A stretch of 64,000 nt of DNA, taken from positions 4,526,001-4,590,000 of the forward strand of contig OX597817.1 of the NCBI GenBank assembly GCA_951406725.2, written 5' to 3'. This document shows, piece by piece, positions 52,790-64,000 of the stretch. The stretch's first letter is position 1. Every line of letters begins with the position of its first letter. Source of the DNA: Octopus vulgaris (lineage: Eukaryota). The position numbers and the translations under genes were made by a program. Under the pieces are notes generated by a model that saw only the letters and a list, made by a program, of their open reading frames with translations, was not told the DNA's origin and made no database searches.

Positions 52790-52982
52790 TTTCTGTGTCT
52801 GTGATTGTTCCCCCAAAATCGCTTGACAGAAGATGTCGGTGTGTTTACGTCCCCGTAACGTAGCGTACAGAATAAGTAATTGTTTTACAAAGAATATGTC
52901 CTGGGGTCAATTAGTTCGACTAAAGGCAGTGCTCCAGCATGGCTGCAGTCAAATGAGTGGAACAAGTAAAAGAATAAAAGAA
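52790..52982 (+). mobile_element. SINE family 2, 3' half
   Basis: cgcttgaca...gtgtttacgtcccc...gctccagcatggctgcagtcaaatga. Confidence 0.8.
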
Positions 52983-53089
52983 TGCATATATATATATCTA
53001 TATATACACACATATATGTACAATAAAATATCATAATAATTTTCTTTTCCCGATCTGAAGCGAAAATTCATAAATCCACAAAAATGACT

Positions 53090-53252
53090 GAAAAATGATG
53101 AGTTTGGCGTTGGTGTGACATACATTCATAGACTTACTTGTGAATATCTAAACGTGCACAAAATTGTGCAAAGTTTGTTCCCCGGGTGTTCAGTGACAAG
53201 CATCCTCTTAATTAACTTCACAGTGATGGGCGTCAAAATTTCTTAACTCTTC
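53090..53252 (+). mobile_element. Second copy of the internally deleted mariner relic
   Basis: acgtgcacaaaatt...gacaagcatcct.ttaattaactt...gtgatgggc.tcaa shared with the 51640 copy. Confidence 0.6.
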
Positions 53253-53297
53253 CGCGTTTGTTTACAAATGTTATATTTATACACACACACACACACA

Positions 53298-53344
<47 letters not shown>

Positions 53345-53440
53345 CGGGAAGCTTTATGAAAATAAACAAAAGACGAAGGCAGGTGGAGTACAAACAAACA
53401 ATTGTATTAGTATGGCGCTCAGGAATATAAATAAAACAAG

Positions 53441-53478
53441 TCTTTTACGTTTCGAGCCTACGCTCTTCAACAAAAAGA
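53441..53478 (-). ncRNA. Minimal hammerhead-like motif (degenerate) in a (TA)n-anchored repeat (~53343-53545)
   Basis: UCUUU UUGUUGA A GAGC GUAG GCUC GAAA CG UA AAAGA. Stem I 5 bp, stem II 4 bp, palindromic ACGU. Core has 2 substitutions. Confidence 0.5.
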
Positions 53479-53622
53479 TACACAGAAAAGAAACACGGAG
53501 AGAAACAAGGAGAGAAAAAAATGTGTGCAGAAGCTCGCGATTCAACATATACACATACATGTATGTATTATATTATATATGTATATATGTATTTATATAC
53601 GTATGTACAATATATATGTATC

Positions 53623-53684
<62 letters not shown>

Positions 53685-53759
53685 TATATATAATATAAAT
53701 AAAATATATATATGCATATATGTACATACCTTCATATATATGTATATATACATGCATGT

Positions 53760-54330
53760 ATGGGTACAGAACCACAAAAACACGTAAAGAAAATGAAAAA
53801 CAAGAACATAAAATAACAAAACATGGAAACCGAACTATTTTTAGAACAGCGGAGAAATAATTGGGGAAATGAGACAGGCAACGTAAAGAATAATCCCTTC
53901 ATCAGTTGTCCCCTGTTTTATCTACATAGCGTGTCGAAGGTAGGGACAAGACGCGACTTCGTTAAAACAGTCGTTCCTGCAAAGTAAATTAAATAAAATT
54001 TGGAATCTGTGGAGAGTGAAAGTGGTACCAAAAACAGGACAGAAAGAACAAAGCAGTAAAAACAAACGGTAACGGCTGTTAAGCCATAACGAAGTGAAGT
54101 GGTGAAGGCTGGAGAAACGACCTTTGAGAGAAGACAGGCAAAAGTGTGTCTTGTCGCTTGTAAGGCAAAGAGAGGAAAGAAAAATAGCCGCTTGTCACGC
54201 GTGAGCAACGAGAGAATCAAGAAGGAAGAGTGAGGGAGAGGGAGAGAGAGAGAGGGAGAATGGAGATAGTTGTAGTGTGCACATCAGAATTAAGATAAAG
54301 CTTAATTAGAAATGGATGCGTGGCGTTTGA
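53760..54330 (-). mobile_element. Permuted-hammerhead family, copy C (longest copy; motif at 53895-53970)
   Basis: CUGUUUUA AC GAA GU CGC GUC^ UUGUCCC UACCUUC GACA CGCU AUGUA GA UAAAACAG GGGACAA CUGAUGA AGGG; GAAA>GACA. Flanked by TA-rich microsatellites. Confidence 0.7.
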
Positions 54331-54333
54331 TTA

Positions 54334-54388
<55 letters not shown>

Positions 54389-54442
54389 ACATATACATAC
54401 ATATATGTACATAGCTACATATATATGTATATATACATGCAT

Positions 54443-54645
54443 ATATGGTTACAAGACGTAAAAAACGTGAACAAAACGAAAATAAAAAATATATAAACAT
54501 GGAAAGCGACCTCTTTTCGAACAACGAAAGAAAGAAATAGAGAAACGAGACAGGCAACATAAAGAACAATCCCTTCATAAGTTGTCCCCTGTTTTATCTA
54601 CTCCGCGTTTCAAACGTTGGGACAAGACGAGACTTCGTTAAAACG
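54443..54645 (-). mobile_element. Permuted-hammerhead family, copy D (motif at 54571-54644)
   Basis: GUUUUA AC GAA GU CUC GUC^ UUGUCCC AACGUUU GAAA CGCG G AGUA GA UAAAACAG GGGACAA CUUAUGA AGGG; core G5>U. Confidence 0.7.
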
Positions 54646-55157
54646 TACATATGCACCAAGGAGTTGCTTTTGATTCCCATCTTTGTCAAATAGTTCGTTA
54701 GCAAGATAGATCGGTGTAATATCTTGGTGCAGGTGTCACCGACCTGACTGGAAGAATTCTGACCTTTTCGAACTCTCCATAAAGTACACTTTGCTGAGTA
54801 TCAGGTCAGACAGAATCCAGTGGATGGGAATCATGCCCTTGCTCTAGAAAATAGAGATCGTTAAGAGCTTTGCCAAGCCTTCTATTCGCTGGGGGCTCGA
54901 AGATACATCATTGAGCACTTTGTTTCTTGGATTCTGGATCCTAACAGTACATTTAGCTTTGGTAAATGTCATGAGAGACTCAAGTATGCTTGGACCAGAG
55001 GTAATGACCTCAACCAGCACGTCTTTCCTTCTCTTCGTTACGGAGAACCGCGTGAACAAACTTTGCACTTATTTTGCGCATGTTCAGCTCTTCATGAATA
55101 ATTCTATGCTCAGTTGCCACAATAATTCCAAACTGTACGCTTACTGCCTTTGTAGAC

Positions 55158-55430
55158 ATACGAGGGCTTTCATTCAGGAAATTGAATTTTCTAAACCAAT
55201 TTTGATTTTATGATTACCTTCTCCCTCTCAGACCATTCATTGTCGTTCACTTCTTCTGCACCGTCCGTGAACAACTTGTGCCAGCGAAGAACAGATGCTC
55301 GGTTCTTGCACGTTAATCCATATGTGGAACAGTTCATACGTTTCTGTAACGATTTTATGCGTTTAGCCCAACACTTTATTGCATAGGGAGCTTCCAAATT
55401 GTTTTGACGTCCCGACTGCATTCTAAAAAC
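55158..55430 (-). pseudogene. Mariner transposase N-terminal (HTH) relic with a terminal tacgaggg
   Basis: LEAPYAIKCWAK...RASVLRWHKLFTDGAEEVNDNEWSER; TA-CGAGGG mariner-type end at 55159. Confidence 0.7.
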
Positions 55431-56813
55431 TAGTCAGCGGTGACAAGGAGTCTTTAGAGCGGTGTGTTACTAAGTGTTGTTACAGCCGTCTAACTGCATC
55501 TGCTAAAATAGTTAGCCAATCAGCTTATTAGAAATATAGAAGTGATACATAAGGGCATTTATAATTACCTCTCCTAAATAGTTTTCAAATCGCTTGGAAT
55601 GCACTCCGTACATATAAAAATTTATGTACGACTGCTTTGTTTAATACATGTGTGTGTATATTTGCATGTATGTGTATGTTCCCGCCTGTGTGCATGCATG
55701 TATTTTAATGTGCTGGTGTATGGTTGCGCACATGCGTAATTGTGTGCATCTACGTGCGGATGCGTGCACGCCGCATGTGTGAAAGCAAGAGTGAATCTGA
55801 AAATTAGACAGACCGAAGAAAAATTGGATACGTAAGTCCAGAGAGATCGTCAGAGCGAGAGTTCGATATCTGTCGTTTTGTTCGGTATCATTTGGCTTTA
55901 TTCATTTTTCAAATATTAATCTTCAATTCTTACATAGCAGCAGACCGACTGCTAGAAACTTCGTAGATGCTCTGCCTCGTTATTTCTTACGCATCTTTGT
56001 ATATGTTTGTCAGTTTATCTATCAGCCATATTAATTATTATATTCTTTATATATATATATACGTGCATTTCGATATATATGTTAGCTGTGTGCAAATGGT
56101 AATGACAGATAAATATTTGTCCATAAACAATAGAGGGATATTTAAAATGAATGAGATATCCTTTACACTTCACTTCCTAAAACAAGCTAAAAGTCGACTC
56201 TTTGTCTCCTGCAGACTATGAACGGCATCAGCTTGGCTTGTTATACACACATTTAACATTCCTGACCTCATTCTTTCGATTAGGAAATCGCTTGGCCAAT
56301 CCTACAACCAAAATGTTATAGGTCTATGTCATCCCTGACATTTCCAATAAACTCTAAATTTAATGTTGTATTGTTGTTTTCAAGAATATACTCGTCGGTA
56401 ATGGTGATACAGCTGTTGCTGCTGACAAAATTTAAATATTGTAATAACAGTTGTATTTGTAGAGTTTGTTTGAATAATGTCATTGTTATATAGACCCAGA
56501 TTAGCCATGATCGAATAGACAAAGTTGTGATGTCTCCCAGCTACGAACATTCTGTCTGTCTTTTACTTTTGAGACGCGTAGGATTGCATTTACTAATATG
56601 TGTCCTGTCTATTTTAAGACTGTACAGAATAATTTAAGAGTGATTTAACTGCGACATTCACTTCAGCACTTTCAGCCATGACGGAAAGTCTCCTCTACTG
56701 GCTCAATTACACGTCGTCACTGAAAGTATTTCTTCCATAGGTTTCTATTGATAATTGTCATTCACCATCATGATAGTAGTAGTGGCAGCAGCAGCAGCAC
56801 TAGTAGTAGTAGC

Positions 56814-56860
<47 letters not shown>

Positions 56861-57668
56861 AGGTGTTTGGAGGATTTGAAATAGTAGCAGTAATAGTGCT
56901 GGTGGCATAGGTGGTGGTGGTGGTTTTGGCAGTGTTTAAAGTGGTGGTGGTGGTGAAGGTGGTGATGGTGGTGATGGTGGGTGGTGGCATCAGTAATTTT
57001 GTGTACTACCTGAAGTAACTCTGGCCTTGCAACTGTTTGCCATCTGCTAAAGCAAAATTGTTGTTACACACATACACACACGCACGCACACATATATAAA
57101 CACCTATACACTCTCATATACCCATATACACGCATACATACGTATTTACATACGTCTGTATAATGTTTGTGCATGTATTTGTATATCATATAAACATACA
57201 GCAAAAACGAAGCATATCAACAGAAGCCGAAACTACTCCAAAGAATCTCTTCATGATGAAATTGTTGAAATCTTGAAGAATAGTTATTGTAATATTATTC
57301 CTGCGTTAAAGAAAGAAAATCTTTCACCCTGGAGTTTTCCTTACATAAATATTTATATATAAGATAAATTTTTCTCATGACTGCCAAATCGTATGAAATA
57401 TACGATTCTAATGTCATTTCCTTTGATGTTTACGTGCTACGTTGCATTATATGAATAAGAAAAAGATTCAAAACTCTCGTAATCATTGTGGAATGAATAT
57501 GTTTTCTGATTTTGTTTTCTATTTTCATCACTGTAAGAGCCTGTCGATTTCAAATTTTGTAAGGCTATTTATATGGCATAAAGGAAATATTCGCTGTTGT
57601 GTAGTTATTATGTGCTTAAACTTACACACGCGTATGCATTCATAAAACATGATATATGTATTCATCTA

Positions 57669-57725
<57 letters not shown>

Positions 57726-57959
57726 ATATAAATATATGTATGTGTATATGTATATGTATTGTATGTATGTATATTATGTTTCCATGTAAGCATATATGTA
57801 TGTATAACGGGCAAGCATATAAACAGTAAGATTTTGAAAATGCCTTTAGCGTTTAAATGATATATAAAATTCTTCATTTTCATTTTATTTTCTTACATTG
57901 TTTCAAAATATATTCTTAATATTATGGTGTCTTTTTTGTTTTTTGCATTAAATATCTTA

Positions 57960-58027
<68 letters not shown>

Positions 58028-58111
58028 GATAACAAATTAATAAATAAAACATATGCATATATACATACATATATGTACGTACCTACATCTACATGTATAT
58101 ATACATGCATA

Positions 58112-58385
58112 TATGAGTACAGGACACCAAAAAAAACGTCGAACACAATGAGAAACGAAAACATAAACACAAAACCAAGGAAATGGACATTTTTCTTAAA
58201 CAACGAAAACATAGAGTACAGGACATACAACACAAGGAAAATTCCCCTTCGTCAGTCGCCTCTGTTTCATCTACTCCACGTTTCAAAGGTCAAGGCGAGA
58301 CACGACTTCGGTGAAACATTCCTTCCCGCAAAAAGCAAATTAAATTTGAGATTTTTTTGCGGAGGGGTAAAAATGGTAGCATATT
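58112..58385 (-). mobile_element. Permuted-hammerhead family, copy E
   Basis: tatgagtacaggac terminus beside a TA microsatellite; shared internal block. Confidence 0.7.
58244..58318 (-). ncRNA. Candidate non-circularly permuted hammerhead ribozyme, copy E (core intact)
   Basis: UGUUUCA CC GAA GU CGU GUC^ UCGCCU UGACCUUU GAAA CGUG G AGUA GA UGAAACA G AGGCGA CUGACGA AGGGG. Confidence 0.65.
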
Positions 58386-59539
58386 GATTTATAGTATTTT
58401 ACAAAAACACCAATATCTAAAAGACGATGTCATATTCGTTGTCGTAAAAATAATACAGTGTAACGGTAAACCGGGCGTCAGCGGCATCGAAATTCGAACA
58501 TTTGATCGGGAGTCCTACAATTTCCAGAAGAGAGTTGAAAATGCTCAGTAAAAGTTGATGAGGCTGCAGTGGGAAGGTAAAATGTGTGATAGAAAGCAAG
58601 TCAGCTTCTCTTTGATTTTTTTTGTAATTTTGGACCATATATATACATATACATATGTGTGTGTGTGTGCGTATATGTATGTATTTGGAATTATATATAT
58701 ATATGTGTGTGTATGTACGTATACACTTACACCCACGCGCGCGCACACTCATACACATACATATATACATGCTTTCATAAAGGGAGAGAGAAGGGGGAGA
58801 GAGAAAGAGGGAGAGAGATATAGAGATAAAGAGAGCAATTAGACGAAATATGCAAATTATTTCGTGATTTTTATACAAGGTTACGATCGTTTAGAAGTGT
58901 TTCTGAGCTCTGCATTGGTTTATGTGCAATATTCATAAATTGATTAATTAAGTAATTACTAAATCAAATAATTTATAAAACAAGTGGTTCTCAGCCCTTC
59001 TTGTCTGACACTGGTATTATTATGGTGTGTTCCCAACAAACATATATACTGATGGAAGTAGATTGCGTTGTCTTAGAGTTATAAACATAAAGAATGGTTC
59101 ATCCAGATAATTCGCTAGACGGAGATTATAGAGAACTGACATATCAAATTACTTTCCTAATTTCAGCGTCCTGAAAGGTCAAGATGTCAGCAAGTATAAA
59201 AGAATGCCATTCCAGTGAAAATACAGGAAAGAGAATTAGTGCTATATATTTACTAACTGAATCTAAGGAAGTGTGGTATTTATTGAAGTTGAGACAGGAA
59301 AGCATTTTGGAAGTATGTTAAAAGAAGAAAGAATCGGTAAGTTCTATTCCGTGTATCTCTTTGTATTTCAAGATTTCATTAGTAGTTCAAACAAATTAGA
59401 TTCGAAAAGCGTCTATTCATCAAAATACATCCCATCATATTCTATTATTGTCCTAGTAACTCAATTCCGACACTTAAACTCTATTGCTGGATTAGAGGCT
59501 AAAGAGCCATGCACTTATTCCTAGCCTATTGTTGAATCT

Positions 59540-60230
59540 CCTACTGTGCAGGAGATGAGAATTGGCTGGGAAAAGTGGTAATCTGATGGTGCAAGGTATG
59601 TATTGTAGGCAGGGTGAGGCAGCAATTGCAACCCTCAAGTTCTCCATGATATCACGTGGTCACATTCACAGTGTGTGCTTAAGCATTGTCATTTTGCAAG
59701 AGAGGTCGTCTTTGATAGACCAATTCCAGGTAGGGCTTTCAAAGAATCATATATCGGCAGTAGTTTTTCAGCATCTGAGACAAGCTCAAAGTGCAACAAC
59801 CATTGCAAATTCCACCAATACACAATATGACCTTGTATCCAAACCGCCTTTGTTTAGCAAAGGTTCTCAAACCCGATCGGAATGAAGCAACTTATCTCCC
59901 TGATTAGTATAACGAAAATAGATCCATTTTTCATCCACATTTAACGCCAAGAGTGGACATCTCGAATATTTACCCGAAATTGTTTGCATATGTTCACATG
60001 TCATAGCGCCTAGTCATTGCATGAAGATCCTCTTGACACCATCTGTTCACAAGCCTGAGATGTTTAGAAAACTGGAAGCATGGATTGTAAGGGTCTTGGG
60101 AAGGAGCAATTTCTGCCGACAACATACCAGACATTACGCTTGGCCATTGTTCAGCCATTTCAAGCAAAGCCTCATCTAACTTAGATTTGTCTTTTAAACT
60201 GTTGTCACCTTCCTATGCACGGCTAAATCA
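59540..60230 (-). pseudogene. Mariner (DD34D-type) transposase relic
   Basis: RFGYKVILCI.WN...HFELV, LLQNDNA.AHT, LLPHPAY..LAPSDYHF. Confidence 0.8.
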
Positions 60231-60324
60231 CTTTTGTACCACACGTTCGTTGATATTTCCTGGGGCTTCCAGATTATCATGTTCTTTTGTGCTGACGTTG
60301 TGCTTAGTAGTTTTTTCCACATGT

Positions 60325-60567
60325 TCTCTTTTGCCGAACTGCTAAGTTACGGGTACGTAAACACACCAGTATGGGTCGTCAAGCGATGTTTGGGGGACAA
60401 ACACAGACACACACACGTCTACACACGTCAACCAAATCCACTCACAAGGCTTTGGTCGGCCCGAGGCTATAGTAAAAGACACTTGCCCAAGGTGCCATGC
60501 AGTGGGACTGAACCCGGAACCATGTGGTTAGTAAGCAAGCTACTTACCACACAGCCACTCCTGCGCC
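60325..60567 (-). mobile_element. SINE family 2, internally and 3' deleted
   Basis: Matches the 41388 family; head cagccactcctgcgcc on +. Confidence 0.85.
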
Positions 60568-61254
60568 CATGATTGAAAATTTTTCACCACTCAGTATCAA
60601 AGCTGTAAAATAAAGAATAAGAAATTAATGTTTATATGTTATATGTGAAAATAGAGAATGAACAATTCGGCAGCGATTGGACAAAAAATAGTATCAAATT
60701 AACGATACAACATGGAAGTATAAGTTGTCAAAAAGCATCAGTGAAAATTCGAAAAAAGACTCTTGACTCAACCTGGTGAATATATGTAACAGTTATAAGT
60801 TGCTGACTCGATAGTCCATACAAAAACCAATATAAACAATTTACCTACAACTAACTTAGATTAATGCCTGTGTTCACTTATGGATTCTGCCACCTGCTTC
60901 TTAAATTATCAAAGTAGCTATCACTCTATCCCTTAACTATTTCATCTAATTTAATTAAAATTAATTATATTTAATTACATTAAATTCATTGTAGAAACCC
61001 AATAATTTTTCAATGGATTATTGCAGTTGGCATTTACCTTACAATTTTTACATATATCTACATAATTTTTACACATATTTTACATACAGGCCGTGGAACT
61101 TTCTACAACTGTAACGAAATCAATAGATTGGTGAATAACTTCATATTTGTAGTTTGTCGATTCCTGTATTTCTCACATCGCATTCACTCATCCCAGTTTC
61201 TCACATGGACCAGTGACATTTTTTCAATCCCTAATGTATAAATATACATTTTTT

Positions 61255-61470
61255 TATTCTGTTGTTTGTTTCAGTCATTTGACTGCGGCCATACTGGAGC
61301 ACCGCCTTATTCGAAGAAATTGATCCCAGGATTTATTACTTGTAAGACCAGTATTTATTCTATCGGAATCTTTTGCCGAACTGCGAAGTTACGGAGACGT
61401 AAACTCACCAGCATGGGTTGTGAAATGATAGTTGGTGGGAATAAACACAGGCACACAAATATACACATAT
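61255..61470 (-). mobile_element. SINE family 2, 3' half
   Basis: gtttcagtcatttgactgcggccatactggagcaccgcc...ttttgccgaac. Confidence 0.8.
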
Positions 61471-61680
61471 ATGTAATATATATATTTCTTTCCTTTCTCC
61501 CAGTATGCTTTTATATATATATATATATATATATAGCAGGTTTATCGAAAGCGTTCACACACACAAGGAAAAAACATTATTCCAAAAGTTTGTAACATCC
61601 TGATGAAATATTTTATAATTAATTTTTTTTTAAATCTCTTTGATATTTATAAAGATTATTAATTTTCACAAAGTCTTTCT

Positions 61681-63040
<1,360 letters not shown>

Positions 63041-63589
63041 ATAAATAAAAGCATATATATACATACTTATATACAGAGAGAGAGAGAGAGAGAGTGAGAG
63101 AATGAGAGGGAGAAGGAAAGAAGTAGTAAGGAATAGAAGAATTATTTTAAGCTGATTAATCTATCTAGTAAATAGATCTATTTCTGCATACCTATCGTCT
63201 CCTTTTAAACGTAAGGATATAGATATGAATGACAGTTATTAGGTACTGCTGTTTGATTTCATTTAAATGCACGTCATGCTGGAATACAATGCGTATTTAA
63301 CTACGTTTCTGTCATGATTTTATCGTAAGTGGGACCTCGCCACCACTTACACTGAGGAAGCGGTCAAAGTGAAGGGATGATATAAATAGTGGTTTTATAG
63401 ATTTCATAAGGATAGGATGGTGTTGAATTCCTCTCTATCTGTAGTATTTTGAGCTATCAAATACGAGATCCCTTAAGTTGCGTAGAAGTATTGCATTGCA
63501 GTATTCTGAGGTCTGCTGTTCTATATGAAACGTACGTAGCTGATAAAACATGACGTCTCCATTTTGTTATGCTTAAAAACGTATACATA

Positions 63590-63770
63590 TACATACATGT
63601 TCAAGTTTATACCTATAATTATTGGGGCCCTGGGATATGTGACACACTGCCTAAACATCAATCTTGAGAAATTAGGCTTCTCAAAACCAGAAAGAAGAAA
63701 GCTTATTCGAAGACTACAGATCCATCACTGGAACTGTAAAAATCTGTAAAACCTTCCGGAAGTTTATCAT
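63590..63770 (+). pseudogene. RLE-type (R4-like) LINE extreme C-terminal fragment
   Basis: FIPIIIGALGYV...LEKLGF...RRLQI..TGTVKICKTF. Confidence 0.65.
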
Positions 63771-63828
63771 ATGCAACTATATGCAACCATAAGCATGAGA
63801 ATATATACATAAAACATTCAAATCTACA

Positions 63829-63990
63829 GCTACCTACCTACCTACCTACCTACCTACCTACCTACCTACCTATCTATCTAACTACCTACCTACCTACCTA
63901 CCTATCTACCTACCTACCTACCTAACTATCTACCTACCGACCTACATACATACCTACCTACCTACCTACCTACCTACCTTCCTACCTACA
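63829..63990. repeat. (CTAC)n microsatellite
   Basis: Direct reading. Confidence 0.95.
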
Positions 63991-64000
63991 TGCATACATA

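Noticed and set aside
54650-55140. Non-repetitive ORF-like stretch (also 51130-51560, 19860-20210, 49900-50200, 16830-17110)
   Set aside because: Probably old transposon debris, but no motif could be identified, so no call was made.
61599-61680. Plus-strand CTGATGA (and other plus CTGANGA hits at ~17342, 23752, 29565, 48001, 63352)
   Set aside because: No matching GAAA/NUH segments or stems in either standard or permuted order.

Overview
AT-rich, repeat-saturated eukaryotic DNA. The SINE families and the extreme (TA)n/(CA)n/(TATG)n density look like an Octopus (cephalopod) genome; this is recognition, not a database result. There is no convincing intact host gene, and nearly all listed ORFs are microsatellite read-throughs. 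The window looks intronic or intergenic. It holds three tRNA-type SINE families, an internally deleted Gypsy LTR element, a full-length dead Tc1, mariner relics, R4/Dong-, L1/Tx1-, CR1- and RTE-type LINE fragments, and several (TA)n-anchored Penelope-like fragments. The main finding is a five-copy repeat family (354-433, 631-710, 53895-53970, 54571-54644, 58244-58318). It carries all hammerhead ribozyme core segments (NUH, GAAA, CUGANGA) in a non-circularly permuted order. Three helices covary between copies, and there is a bulged-G-like AGUA/GAA loop. Five further, mutually unrelated minimal type I hammerhead-like motifs are also present. Nine of the ten motifs lie on the minus strand.
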